This document shows, piece by piece, positions 1 to 13,415 of a stretch of 64,000 bases of DNA. How positions within the stretch are numbered: the first letter of the stretch is position 1; the number at the start of each line of letters is the position of its first letter. The stretch is from NCBI GenBank assembly GCA_977862235.1, contig OZ374558.1, positions 186,001 to 250,000 of the forward strand, given 5' to 3'. Below the pieces are notes generated by a model. It made no database searches. It saw only the letters and a program-made list of their open reading frames with translations, and was not told the DNA's origin. This DNA comes from Dudresnaya verticillata. Taxonomy: Eukaryota. The position numbers and the translations under genes were made by a program.

Positions 1-2595
1 TCCGGTTGTAGCGTTCAGCCTGTCTATTCGACTGGGGGTGATACGCGGATGTGAACAAGTTGTTTAAACCCAAATGCCGGTAGACGGCTTGGAAGAACTT
101 CGATGTGAACTGCTTTCCGTTGTCGGAAAGAAAGGACCTAGGGGGCCCGTAGTGGAAGACCTACTGTTCACAGAAGACAACTGTGACGTTGAAAGACGTA
201 ATGGTGCGCAGAGGCGCGACTTATGTCAGCCTAGTAAAGCGGTCCGTCATGAAGATGAGGAATTTGCGACCAGACTTCATCTCGGGCAAGGGGCTCAGTA
301 TGTCGATAGCGACGGACTCCAGCGGCCTGGTGACCGGGAAAAGCTTCAGCATATGAAGGTGTCTTCGCAGTCAATGCGGTTACGGGCACATTGCCTGCAG
401 TTTATTACTGTCATGGCGATGCTGGCTGCCATATGTGGCCAGTAATAGGTCTCGCGCAGGGAGTAGAACATCTTCGTCTTCCATGGGTGGCCCGCGAAGA
501 GGGAGTGCTGCGCGATCGTGGGCAGCCGAGGCTGTAACGACTCGGGCACCACTATCTTGTCTAGCGAAACTATGACCGTATGATGGCGGCAAAGAAGCCC
601 ATCCCCGTCCTCATAGAAATGGCTATCTCGTCGACGGGACTGCCCTGCCAGTACTGTCTAGCAGAAAGAGTCGAGCCGCTGCGCGTCCATAAATTCCTGG
701 ACAGAAATAGGTGAAGGAAGCTTCCCTGGCCTCACGGACGTCAAGTTCGACGGCTCGTCTCCTGCGTCGACGCGGGGGAGATTGAAGAGGTCGACGTCGT
801 CGGTGTCGTCCCACGCCGCTTCGTCGGCCAAGTCCGGGAGTTCGTCAGCCGCGACTGTTTTGGCCGCGGTGCCGGTGCTGCTGCCCAGTGCTTCGGAACG
901 GTCTTCGCTGGGACCGGAAGTGTCGGTGCGTTGGTATGCGAGCGTGTTGTCACCAAAACGGGAGCCGCGGGTTCAGTACCCGATCTTGCCACCGGCTTCT
1001 CAACCGAGGACTTCCGCTGCGGGCGGTTGATCGCCGGGGGTCAAAGGTAAGGACGTCGTCTTCAACCTCCTCCTGTTTACGCTGGGGCTAAACCAAGCGG
1101 GGCAGGGCATCTCGGATTTGGTGTACCCGTCCGGGGCGGTACTCGATCTGGAAGTCGAATTCTGCGAGCCGCAGGCGCCACCGGGTCAGTCGACCCGAAG
1201 AGTTGGTCAACGACATCAGCCATCGAAGCGCATCGTGATCGTTTCGAACCGTGAATCGCGTGCCTTCTATGTAGGGCCGCAGGGTCGTTATCGACCACAC
1301 AACTGCGAAGCACTCTCGCTCAGTGGCGGAGTACTTGCACTCCGCCGAGTTGAGCGAGTAGGACCAGTACCCGACTGGATGTAGCTGGCCGTCATCCTGC
1401 TCCTGCAGTAGGACGCATCCGATCTGATAAGCCGCTGCGTCCGTATCGAGGACGTAGGGTCTGCCCGTCTTGGTCAGCCGTAGGATAGGGGCGATATGAG
1501 CTTCGCTCTGAGCGTCTCATATGCCTCGAGCGCGTCGGCGCTTGGATTGTCGAAATCCATATCCGCGTCTTTGCGGGTCATGTTCGTCAGAGGACGCGCG
1601 ATCTTCGCAAAGTTGCGCACAAAGCGGCGGTAGACATTGCACGCTCCGAGGAACGACCTCACCTTAGTCAGGGAGGTCCGGAACTGCGCATGGCGGAAAG
1701 CATCGCTGCTTGTCTGCGCCATGCGTAGTTTCCCTGGTTCGATGACGTGGCCAAGATAGCCAACGCGCGACTGAAAGAAGTGGCACTTCTTCCGTTTCAG
1801 GGATACTTCTTCCTTGTGCAACAGAGTCAGCACTTGGTCTAGATGACCAATGTGCTCCGCGATCGACCGCGAGAAAATGATCACATCCTCTAAATATATC
1901 AGGCAACACTGCCATCGGAATCCGCTGCGGATGATGTCCAGTGCGCGCTGGAAGTAGCGGGGGCGTTCTTCAGCCCGAAGGACATTTGCAAGTAGCGAAA
2001 CGTCCCTAACAACGACGTGAATGTGGTCTTATCCCTTCCAGCCTCTGCGACAGGGATTTGCCAGTACCCCGCGTTGCAGTCCAACGTCGAGAAGATGGTT
2101 GCGTCGCCTAGACTGTCGATGCAGTCGTCCATCCTCGGTAGAGGGTACACATCACTTAGCGTTTTCGTGTTGAGACGTCGATAGTCCACGCAAGACCTAA
2201 GTGTGCCGTCCTTCTTGGGCGCCAGGACTACTGGCGATGCCCATTCCAAGGTGGCGGGTTCGATAACCCCTGCACGAAGCATGTTATCCACCTCGTCCTG
2301 CACCAGCTTGCGCATGGCACGGCCCTGTCGGTAGGGCATGGAGCGTATGGGGCGAGTGCCCCGTTCCACGTCGATTTGGTGTCGGGAGGCGACAATAGTG
2401 CCCAGCCTCCCGTCCCACATGAACTGATGCTTCCTGAGCATGGAGAGGACCTCCTTGTGGGTGACCTCGTCTTCGATAGACGAGAGATCGACCTGCGCCT
2501 CCCAGTCCTCGACGGACGGGTTGGCCTTCGCTGCGGCGGTAGCTGCGCCCTGCAGCGGCTGGGCGTCGGTGCCCTTCCTGGGCGCTATTGCGGAT
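1..2595 (-). mobile_element. pol: Ty3/gypsy LTR retrotransposon pol fragment (element A): RT, RNase H and integrase, disrupted
   Basis: Minus-strand ORFs give RT motifs (WASPVVLAPKKDGTLRSCVDYRRLN, YPLPRMDDCIDSLG, catalytic motif reads YLED), RNase H (LRPYIEGTRFTVRNDHDALRWL...RLTRWRLRL) and an integrase HHCC finger (HSLFAGHP...CRQC). There are several frameshifts and stops, and the element runs off the window start. Confidence 0.95.
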
Positions 2596-3929
2596 GAGAT
2601 CGATTGGAACGACCCGGTTGCCGTGCCGTTAGCCAACAACCGCCGTAAGGCGAATCGTCCGCGTTACGCAATGAGTCGTACTCATTCCGCCTGTGGCGAT
2701 TGGATTTGGTTCAACCTTTGGAAAAAGCGTCGTACGACGAAGAACATTGCGGAACGCCATCGCAAGACCGATCGCTTCACGCCGGGTAATCACCCGCGCG
2801 GTTTGCGTAAGATCTGCGACTTTGTCGGTGACTTTCCTCCTGACTTGAGCCCCTTAATTGCGGAAGAGGATGCTCTTCACGCCAACGGCAGACCAATTAA
2901 CTCGTCTGGGACGGCCATTGATACGTCTATGGCGATTGAGTCTTCCGCTGAAGCGGCTGTTCCGTCTACGACGTTGCCCGCGGAGCCTCTTGCGGCGGGT
3001 GCGATACAAACCGGCGTAGCCACGGTTGCGCCCTTGGACCTTGCGGTGCCCGTTGCGGACGACGAGGGTGACGTCATTATGGCGGTGCCAGTGTCAGAGC
3101 CACCCCCGTCCGCAATGCCAGAAGGCGGAGCATCGAGCGTCGTAGATGGTTCAGGGAGGGCCCCCAGTGTGCCCGTCTGGACCGAAGAACAGCGCCGCAC
3201 AGTCCTTGCGTTGTTGCAGGCTGCCAGCGTCGCTACTAGAGGTCTGAGCGGCTCGCCCACAGAGTGGGTAAGCCAATCTTTGTCGGCTGCGGTTCCGCCT
3301 CAGGGTGGGTCCGCGCCGAAATCGACTACTGTCGTAGGCTCCGCGTCGAATGACCGTGTGGAAGGAAAGCCGTCATCTCCTAAGGCGAATAGTCCAGCGT
3401 CTGAAGACGTGAGTATTACTGTACCGCCTGCGGCGAGTGAAGCAAATGCTGCTATGGCGTTGTCGACGGCTCAAAAAGAGCCAGGTGCACCTGCGCCAGT
3501 GACGAGCGTAGAGTTAACAACGCCGAAGGCGAGTGAGGGTGCGACGCCGATCAAGGCGGTTTCTGAACTTACGCCAAAGGCGGTTGATGAATCGTTGACT
3601 GCGCCTAAGCGGATGGTGCTGGGCCTGCGCCGAAGGCGAATGATGAGTTGAGCTCTGCGCCTATGGCGGGTGTTGTTGTTTCATCGCCTGTGGCGGATAT
3701 TGTCGCGACGACGCCAAAGGCGGTTGATAAGTCGCCCCTTTCACCTGCGGCGCCTGTTGTGGTCACTCCGGCAGTTGCAGTGGCAAGGCCCTTGCGATCC
3801 GCCCCTGCTCCTGCCGGGATTTTACCGTCGACGACGGAGGAAGACCTTTACGAAGAGGCGTTGCACGAGTCCGCCGAGGGCGCTGCTGAGGATGTGCCAG
3901 CCGATTCGTCTGCGACGAAAAAATCTTGA
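2590..3929 (+). pseudogene. 5'-truncated antisense accessory ORF of element B
   Basis: The plus-strand reading (IDWND...GDWIWFNLWK, then a long Ala/Pro/Ser/Thr-rich tail, with a frameshift near 3630) occupies the same position and orientation as the antisense ORF of element C and shares a weak motif with it. Confidence 0.6.
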
Positions 3930-5344
3930 TGTCGTTTCAGGAACGGATAGCGGACGCGAGAGTGCGTATTGTGTTGCCCTTCGGCTCCTTTGCGGGGACG
4001 ATGAGCGGGGGTATTCCCCTTCGTCTTGACGATTAATGTAGCTGTAGTGATCGTTAGTGAGGGCGAGGGGTTGTCCCCATTTGTTTTTAGCCCAGTAAAC
4101 TTCGGCCATTGTCAGCGTCTTTTCGTATCGCGTGTCGCGTTGGTCTTAGGGTGCAAGCTGTGGTCCCACTTCGGCTTTGCGTCGTGTTCTTGATTTACCG
4201 CTACAGTAGCGTTGGCGTTTGATACCCTTAGCCTTAGCCGGGCGTTGTGTTTTTTGGCTGCGTTTGGTTGGTAGTGTCCGCTGTAGTAGCGTTGTTATTC
4301 GTGTTGCACATGCGGCGGTTGGCGCATCTTGCTTCTCGTTGTGCAACTTTATTGTCTTGTTCGTCGGGAGACGCTGCTCGGGAGGACCCGGTTCCGCTAA
4401 CTTAGCGCTTTTGTAGTGCGTGTGTCACACTGCGCCTTGGGCGTGTTTGCGTGCAGGTGGGGCTGGGTTGAGCCCCTGTGCCCCTCACGTCGTCGCTATT
4501 ACGGCGTATTGTTTTGTCAGCGTCCTGGACGAAGACCGCGAAGGCGGTGAGGTAGGTGTTTCGTTGCCTTGGCGTTGCTGCTCCTTTCGTCTCCGACGTT
4601 CCTCTTTGAGGACAGGGAATGGTCTCCATCGTGCGACTGTGACCGCAACGGCCGCAGCCAGCGGCGGCGTCATTGCGCGATTTGTTGGCGCGTCGTGCAC
4701 GGAACCCACGACAACTGCTTCTTCAACCACCTTTCCCCCTTGTCGGTGGGTTTGTCGGTGCGCCCCTTCTTGGAGAGTTAAGTTGGAGACGTTCAACGTG
4801 TGCTTTCGCGCGAGGCCGTGGCCGAAAGGGTGACGGTCCCAGGGACTTGGCCGCGGTGCGAGTGGGGATCTCGACGTCGGAGACGGTTGTTGCGCGCTGC
4901 CACTTGCGCCCGTCGTCGCTGGTGCTCGTAGCACCTGCTCAGCCACTCGGAATGATTGTGCTCGTCGCGCGTGGGCTGCTGGGCGGTGCGCGCTTCCGTC
5001 TTTGCCAATTAGAAATTGTCCAGTTATGTTTCGCTCCTCTTACCCGAGGGGCACGGGCGGCGGATCTCGATTTGCGATCTGGATCCACTGTCAACCGCAC
5101 ACCTATTCAGAGGTCCTGTATGGTGGCCGCTGTGGGGTGCCCGTGCGTGTGGCGCTCTATGACGCAACGATTTGCTTCCACGTCCGTCCATGACGCGCGC
5201 ACGTGTCCGTCGCTACCGCGGTTGCGACCGCGTCCACAGGCCACGGGTTGGACTTCCGCACCTTTGCCGACCGTAACTGGAGCACGCAGTCTCGATCGTC
5301 CGTCCATTCGCTTCCAGCGGTGTTTCCAGATTAGGGTTAGCCCT

Positions 5345-8300
5345 AATTCGCGTTGCGCGTCGTCGATGTTTGGCGGCAGGTGCGTACGTTTTCGACGGTG
5401 GTACCGTGTGACGTGGGATCGCGGGAAACTGGAGACTAGCTCACAGGTGTTCGCTGAAGCGGGGTATCCAAACTACTTGACCTGGTAGAGGATCTCATCA
5501 TCATCCGCGAACGCGTGCGACTCGATGCGTTCAATAACGTATTCTTTCCCGCTCACAGCGATCGGCTTGGACTTGTGCCCCTCCAGCGCCTTTGGAGGTT
5601 CGTCTCGTTGAGTGATGGGCGTCTGTACCGGTTCGGCGAAGCGTACTAGACCGGTTGATCGCCGAAGGCGCTGGCCTTGGGCCTCGGACGCTCGTTCAGC
5701 GGTCACTGGTTTGCTGAGTCTTGGGACGAGTCCATCGCTTGCAGCGCCTTGCTTCGTGCTTGCACGGTTAACATCTTCGTTTTCGGACGCACTTTCAGCG
5801 GAATCATTGTTATCATTGGGCGGTGCCGTAGCGATGTGTTCCAAACGGGCGCGAGCCCCTGCTGTACTGTCGTCGTTGGAGACGGATTGCGAAGCGCGGT
5901 CGACGGGGTCGGCGGCAAAGGGCGAAAGTTCTGCCAACCCACGACTGTGTGACGTTGCAATTGTACGCTCCTGCAGATCTCTCGCAGTATCCGAAGTCTC
6001 TGCGTCACCCTATGGGTCCGCTGTTGGCATGTCTGGGGTAGTCGTCCCTTCTTCTTGTGACGTGGGGGCGACCGCGTCCTGCGCCGCGGGCGGGCCTGGT
6101 GGTACGACGATTGGAGGGGTCGCCGGACCCGGTGGGGTCGGCGCCCAGACCACGCGGTCTCGGGACAAACGTTCCCGCTCGGCACGTCCCTTATAGACGG
6201 TTACTGTCTCGTTATCAACGTTAGTTACCCGATATGGTCCGTCCGCCATTGGCGCCAACTTATGTTTTCGCTCCGCGCGATCAGTGCCCCCGCCTCGGGC
6301 GAAGTATTCTTTGTGTACCAATACGAAGTAGCCTACGGCAATTGCTTGCTTCGATTTCCTTAATCGCGTATCGAAGTTCCGTTTGTAACGTGCTTGTGTT
6401 TTCTCTAACGACGTTTTAGCGCTTCCCATCAATGCGGTCAGCCAGGTTCGCCACTTGGTGTAGTATTGCCTCGCGGTGGGTACGTTTTTGAGCAACGGTT
6501 ACGCTTCAAGCGACAATGGCCGTGGTGGCTTAGACATCACCAGTTCGAACGGAGCGAGATGCATAGAAGAATGAAACTGTGTGTTGTATGCGAATGTCAA
6601 GGCGTCCGTGAACAGGTCCCAGTCTCTTGGATGATCCGCAACGTAGTGACGCAGAGAGGCCAGGATAGTTCGATTGAATCGTTCTACCTGGCCATTTAAT
6701 TGCGGGTGGTACGTCGTGGTGAAGAGATTCCCCACTCCCAAAAGATGGCAGATATCCTGAAACAACTTAGCCACAAACTGTGGTCCGTTGTCGGACAACA
6801 CTTTCTTGGGGGCCCGTAAACGAAGACCCAATGTCGTACAAACGCCATAGCGATTTCCAATACCGTAATACTACGTAGTGGCACCGTCTGGACCATCTTC
6901 GAGAAGACGTCCACAATGACGAATAGGAATTTTTTCCTCGCTTCGTGCGTATGAGTTCGCCCAGAATGTCGATCGATACGAACTCGAGAGGCTCGGTTAC
7001 CGGGAACAACTTCAATTGCTTGGTGTTCTTTCGCAGCAATATGAGATTCTTAGCGAAGGTTACGCAGTTGCGGACGGTCGCATAGCAGTCAACTGGCATC
7101 GATGGCCAACAGTATTGGCGTCGAACCATATGATACAACTTACGCCCCCTGAGTACCCTGCCAACTTGGCGTGGTGCCGGAGGTGGAGTAAGCGGGCGCG
7201 TAAAGCGGAGGGTACGACCACTTGCGGGCGAACTTCCACTGTTCGGACCAACAGTCCTTGTTCATCCGTTGCGAACGGTAAGCTGCTTCCGTCTTCCAGA
7301 CGCTTCCTGATTTCGTTACAGTATTGGTCATTGCCTTGGGCGTGTACCAACTCTTCATGCGTCACTTGACGAAGGATTATCTCATCCACCGGTGGCGAGT
7401 TGTTGATCAACACTTGGTCGAACTCTTCGAACTCTCGTTCGGAGAAGTCGACCTCGCCTTCGGCATCGGACATATCGTATTTTGACGTTTGATGTCCGTC
7501 TTCGACGTAGCTTCCGTGATAGCATGGTATATCATCGTCAATGGGTTAGACGGTTTCCCACTTCGTCTGTAGACGCGAAAGAGTATCTGCCTGCATATTC
7601 AGGTACCCCTTTTTGTATTTCACGACGAAGTCGAACTTGGAAAGGCGAAGCCGCCACCGCATTAACCGTCCAGAGGGGTCGCTGATTTCCACCAGCCACC
7701 TCAATGACGAATGGTCCGTATGAACGGTGAATGACTCCATCTGTAGGTAGGGTCGCAGCGTCATGACGGACCATACTACTGCGAGGCACTCATTTTCGGA
7801 GACCGAGTAGTTACGCTCTGGAGCGGTGAGCGAGCGAGACCAGAAGCTGAGTGGCTTCCGCTCTCCGTCAGGCGGCGTTTGAAAGAGAGCGCAGCCGACT
7901 TGATACTAAATAGCGTCACAGTCGACGGAGTAGGGTAGGCCCTGCTGTGGTAGGCGGGTTGGTTACAGCCTTGACGAGTGTGCTGAATGCCTTGGTTTGT
8001 GACTCATCGAACGGTGACAGCCGGAAGTCTTTCCCTTCCTCAACAACTTGTTGAGGGGTGCAGAGACGTACGCGTATCGCTACAAAAACCGTTGGTAGAC
8101 GTTACAAAGACCGAGGAAGATCCGTAGCTCATTCTGATCCCGTGGATGCTTGGCTTCGCGTAGCGCGGCAGTGACAGTTTGTTCAACTTCTAGCCATCCT
8201 GGACGTACGAAATGAGCCAAGTAGTTGACGGTCGGGGTGAAGAAGTCACACTTGGTCAACTTCAGGGTCACTCCAGCGCGGTGCACGGTCGATAGAATCT

Positions 8301-9880
8301 CGTCGACATGACCGAAGTGGCTGTCGATGTCGCTTGAGAAGATTATTACGTCGTCGAGGTATACGAGGCAGGAACGCCACTTGTAACCGGCTAGCAGTAT
8401 TTCAAGCGTTCGTTGAAACGTCGCAGGCGCATTTGTGAGACCGAAGGGCATACGGCACGTGAATGCAGTCTTATCGCGGTCTCGCGGATTGATCGGCACC
8501 TGCCAGTACCCACTGTTTACATTCTAGGGTGGTGAAGACGTTTGACCCCTAGACTGTCAATGCATTCTTCAATACGCGGAAGCGGGTACGTATCCCGTAT
8601 GGTTACTGCGTTTAAACGGTGGTAGTCTACGCAAAAGCGGAGGGTCCCGTCCTTCTTGGGGGCGAAGACCACTGGTGACGCCCACGGAGATTTTGTGGGT
8701 TCTATGACCCCTTGACGCAGCATGCGGTCCACTTCCGCTTGAGCGAGTTGTCTTTGCTTTGGCCCGCCTCGGTAAGGCGGGGACGATATAGGTCTAGAGC
8801 CGGGACGCAAGTCGATGTAGTGTTCCGTGGTTGAGATTACTCCTAACGAAACGTCCCACATAGACGAGTACTTGCGTAATATCTCCTTAAGTCGGCCTTG
8901 GTGATCGGTGGGGAGATGTTCCAGGTCCAAATCGTCTACTGATGGAGGCTTAGCAGTGGTTGCCTCGATGGACTTCGTGAAAGTATCCGGCTGTGCCGTA
9001 GTATCATCGTTCGTTTGAAAACGGAAACCGTGGTTTGCCTTATCCTCCTCGGCCTGTTCCTCGGTGAGGCCCAAAATATCGGTTAGACTTACGTGACTGG
9101 GGAACACTGCTGTCGGATGTGGTAACGCCGTCGCGACGACTTGGCCCTTGGCCAGCGCCTGCGGGCGGAGAGAGAAGTTGGCAACCAAAATGCGAAACGC
9201 TTTTAGCGGCTCCACTTGTGCAATCCCGTTCGTAACGGCCAGGCCTTGTTTGTCGTACAGCGTTCCGAACGGTTGAATTGTAATGACGCCGGCGCGCTCG
9301 GTGGTCACCGATACTCATTGCTGTGCCTTAGGCGGGATGATCACATGCTCTGTTACTCGTATCTTGGGTGACGTCCTTCCTTCGGCTTTGCCGTATTGCT
9401 GTTACGTTGGCAACAGAGGGTACGGCGGGGATCGGCGCAGGGGGGCGGCGCGTTATAGGGATGAGTCCCGTCGTCCAATTTGACCTCGCGAATTCGCGGA
9501 TAAATCGCTTCGACAAAGCGGTGGCAAAAGTCGCAACCTAGTATAACCGGCGCAGCAAGCCGTTCACAAACGATCAGTTCCAACTTGACGACTCGCCGTC
9601 CTAGATGAACGACCAGGTCAATGGTACCTCTTGTTTGGATCGCCTTGTTGTTGGCGTCGGCTATGACGGGGAGGCTCTTTGCCACGATGCGTGATCGCGC
9701 TTCCAGCGGAATGTCGTCCATGCGAATGAAATTCGGGCCAGCCCCCGTGTCGAGGAAAGTACGTTTACGTGCCAAGGTACTAACGGTTGCACCCAAGTCG
9801 GCGTACACCTTGTAGTTCCTCTTCGCCATTACGAACAACTGTCCCCGCGCCTGGGGGGCTGGTACCTTCGCCATGGTCAT
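5345..9880 (-). pseudogene. pol: pol of element B (protease-RT-RNase H-integrase-chromodomain), fragmented
   Basis: Motifs are FLDTGAG (protease), WASPVVFAPKKDGTLRFCVDY and YLDD (RT), FTVHTDHSSLRWL (RH), SDNGPQF and YHPQLNGQVERFN (IN), and GPY. A chromodomain reads EYVIERIESH...YQVK*FGYP at about 5370-5545. Many stops and frameshifts. Confidence 0.95.
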
Positions 9881-10019
9881 TTTAATGACGTCTGAGACGA
9901 ATCTATCCGCCCGTTGGCGTCGTTATTAACTAACTTCGGGCCCTCCTTCCGTGTCAGCACCCGAGGCCTAGGCCTCTCTTTACGGTACAACACCCCAGTG
10001 TCAGGATTCGGTGCCCGAG

Positions 10020-13000
10020 TTAGTTTTTCGCCTGCAGCGGTGGTTGTGGGGCTACATAGCGATTGATCAACATCGGATGACGTTCTGCCGCGTGCGGCAT
10101 GGGTCCTCCTCGTGGCGATTGTGGTCGTGCAGCACGGCGGGCAGCGTTGCGGGTAGCGTGTTCCTTGTAACGGACATACGCATCAGCGGGGACACCAGCC
10201 TTTTCGGTTTCGGTCAGTCCTTCATAGTTAGTAATAACCTTCATGAAGTCGCTCATGCGGAGGAAGCAGTCCGGCACGATATGCCGGCGAGCGTAACATT
10301 GGTGGCATACAAGCTGCCGACTCGCGTCTTGACGGGGCGGACCTCTATACTGCCATCCAGGCCTTGCCCGGTGCACGTGTGGGGCATACTCGGAATATGT
10401 AACGCGTGGCGCGGGTACGACCGAGCGCCCAAAGGCGAGAGCGGGGTACATGTCACTTGTTTCTTCGTCTTCGACGTAGCTGTCCGTCGGTAGAGCCGAA
10501 GTTGGTACCGACGCTTGCTCGTCTGCCAAGTATAGATCGCCATCGGTGTGGGTTTCCATGTGATCGACAGGGCGGCTAACGTTTCGGAACTCGACAGAGG
10601 ACTCCGCTATCATAACGTGTGCTCCAGCTTTTGCGCCTCTCGTCTGTGGACGCATCACACCTCGGAGATCGCCGGTGGCGGGGCACAACGCGCGTGCGGC
10701 TTGAGCCGGTGTCAGGATGTCTCGTCGTGCTGACGCGGAGCCGGCCCTGCCGTGTCGTGCGGGGTTGGCGTCCCCTTCGTCCTGCGCGAAGTGGACCAGC
10801 CGCTCAAATGACAATTCCGCCCTTGGTGTTTCTTCTCGAAAACGAGCTACGAGTGACCTGATCGACGGATCCAACCCGTCGATGTACATTGTCATCTTCT
10901 CCCAGTCGGGATAAACGTTACCGCAACGAACACATGCTCCAGCTAGCCGCATCCCATAGGTCGTTTCGTCTTCGCCTAAATTCTGGACGGTCGAACGTAG
11001 GGCGAGAACAACATACCTAATCGCCGCTGGCGTAGCATACGTACGGAGGAGGTACTGTACCATCCCCGGATACGAGGACACCCCGCCGCGATGGCGTGAA
11101 GACGTCGACTTGACGGAGCGGAACTGCTTGGCTGCCGTACCTCGCAAGAAGTACGGCAGTGCGACAAACGCTTGGGCTTTGCTCATCTCCAGATTGTCGG
11201 CCTCATCTGCGTATCGCGTTAGGAACTCCAGGACCATGACGGGGTCGCTGCCGTTGAAGGTGGCGTCCTTCATGGTCAGCTCCAGTCAGCTCCAGGCGCT
11301 GAATATGGTCCTTGACCTTACCCGTGTCGCGCCCTGAGCGTTTCTGCCCTAGTCTTGGAGACGATAAGTCCTATACGATAGTAGGGGCGTAGTTCCTTCA
11401 ATCCCTTGAACCGCTTTCCGCGATGTCTTGCGGCACTGCCGAGAACTGGGAAGACGAAGAGTCAGATGACTCTCCGTCACTTGATGAGTCCGAAGAGGAC
11501 GAGGACGAATCCCCACGTCGATGAAGGGTCTTCTTCCATCTTTGACGCAGCTTGCGGCGGCGTCTCTTCCGATCCTTACGTCTATGACGCGTCAAGACAG
11601 AGGTCTTCACACGAACTCTCGTCACCCGACGGCGGACCGTTGCGCTACTTGGCGGTTTCGAGACGCTCTAGGCGAGTCGCCAGTCGCTGAAAGCGTTCGC
11701 GTAAGCTGAGCTCGGAGTGCGAATGGATCGTCACTGTCGGTAGTGGTTGGACATCCATGCCTTGGCCTGCATTATGGTTCATCAATAGACGGTCGAGATC
11801 GGAGCGAAGCCCTTGTAGGGCGCCGTCCCGATCTTCTTCCAACGTCTGTAGACGACTTGCTATTCCTCCGACACTGTTGTCTAGCAAACCGGCGAACCCT
11901 TCGAGCAAAGCATCGTCTTCCAAGACGCATACCTCTCGGATCCGTTCGAGTGGTATCGTTAAGTTACTCACGCGGACGGTCAAGGGTGGCGCCGTTGGCG
12001 GTTGGATTTCGGGGGTTGACCGGTTGGGCGTTCCTGAGGCCCTTTGGCTTGGCGACTTCGGCTTAGCCGGTGAACAACCGGCACTGCCGTGCAGAGTGGG
12101 GCAGCATGCCCCAGGTGTCAATGGGTCGTCAACGACGTTGCGCTCCGCAGAGTGCTCCTTGTGGTGAAGCGGCCGTTGTGGAGTGCCGACGACGGTTGAG
12201 CCGGCTCGCGACCAGCGCACCGATGAGCTGGCGCCAAAATCCGAACGGGAGTGCAGCGACACAGTAGCACTGTACGCCTTGCTGGAGTCTGCGCGCATCA
12301 CCAATAGGAGCCAAGGAGTTGATTTATTTGTAATTAGGTAATTGTAATAATGCTGTACAGTACGTAGTGTCAGCCGGCCAATGAGAATGCCGAGCATGTC
12401 CGCAACGGTGACCAGGACCAGTAGGGCCGGACCCACCTGGTGGCCCAGACCCATTGGGGTCTGGCCCACACGGACCGGACCGCGGGGCGTATATCCCAGT
12501 ATATTAATGGGTGGCCACCGCGGGTCCTACAGTAAACGGGTACGCAACCCTGGGCAAAGTGACTTACCCTAAGCCTTACCCTCATACTCCTTTACGGTTT
12601 CCCTCGCCAGCCCCGTGCACGGATTCCTCCTACCTCCGTCCCGGTGTAGCTGTCCTGGCACTGTACCGTCCCCCTTGTCTGTTGCGCCCCTTTACTCCTT
12701 ACAGGTGTTGCCGCTCGAGGTACTCCCTTCGGTCTACGAACTAAGCTCTACCACCCCAGTGCCGTGTGAGATCACTCCTTATTGGGATTGCCTGATCAGC
12801 TCTCCTTACAGGTGTGCCTTTCACTTCACCACACTCCTGATCGTCGTTGATGGGGATGGTTGGTTGGTCCGGAAGTTCCGGTTGTTCCTCGACGATGTCG
12901 GCTTGTCTTTCCGTCTACGACGCTCTGTTGCTCGGCTTGTACTGTATCAGCCGAGTCAACGTAGAAGCGGTAGGTGCGAAGGGCCGACACCTCCGGGACT

Positions 13001-13155
13001 GAGGTACGGACGACAACGGGAATGCGCGTCGGCGGGGGAGGTAAATCTCCTCCGTTATGCGACGCGTGGGAGCCTGCGTGACCGTGACTCGGGGATGGCG
13101 TCGGTAAAGCCGACGCGATCTCCGGGCTCACAAGGCGCCCCGATCGTGTCGTCAT
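10020..13155 (-). pseudogene. gag: gag of element B, interrupted by a solo LTR and frameshifts
   Basis: It starts MTTRSG at 13155. The capsid-like region (FNGSDPVMVLEFL) is homologous to gag of element C, and there is a CCHC knuckle CHQCYARRHIVPDC. Removing 12160-12833 plus one TSD restores the reading PINDDQEHSAERN. Confidence 0.85.
12160..12833 (+). mobile_element. Solo LTR (674 bp) inserted in gag of element B
   Basis: The 10-bp inverted termini are perfect (TGTGGTGAAG...CTTCACCACA) and are flanked by a 5-bp TSD CTCCT (12155-12159, 12834-12838). Orientation is inferred from the CTCTACCACCCC motif near its 3' end, which the other LTRs share. Confidence 0.9.
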
Positions 13156-13232
13156 CGGTGGGTCCGACCGCTCCGACGCGGGAATGCTTCCAGGCGTCGA
13201 TGACGATCGTCTTGAACTCGGGCGTCGGACTC

Positions 13233-13280
13233 TCGGTGGTCTGACGGACTGTCGGTGGTCTGACGGACTGTCGGTGGTCT
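13233..13280. repeat. 19-bp tandem repeat (TCGGTGGTCTGACGGACTG x2.5) in the leader of element B
   Basis: Read directly from the sequence. Confidence 0.85.
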
Positions 13281-13395
13281 AGAGGCCATTAAACAATCGT
13301 AGATCTGCTTTAACGTCGCAGACGATTAGCGGTAACGTCAGACGACGGGTTGTCGGACGTCACGCGACGGTAGAACTCGTTGTAGCGTAGAACCC

Positions 13396-13413
13396 TTCTA
13401 GGTCGGGAGACCA
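13396..13413 (-). promoter_or_regulatory. Primer binding site of element B (TGGTCTCCCGACCTAGAA)
   Basis: It lies 2 nt after the LTR end (...CATCACA on minus), begins TGG, and is identical to the PBS of element C. Confidence 0.9.
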
Positions 13414-13415
13414 GA

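Noticed and set aside
11645..12469. 274-aa ORF as an independent gene
   Set aside because: It is a chimera of solo-LTR sequence and interrupted gag.
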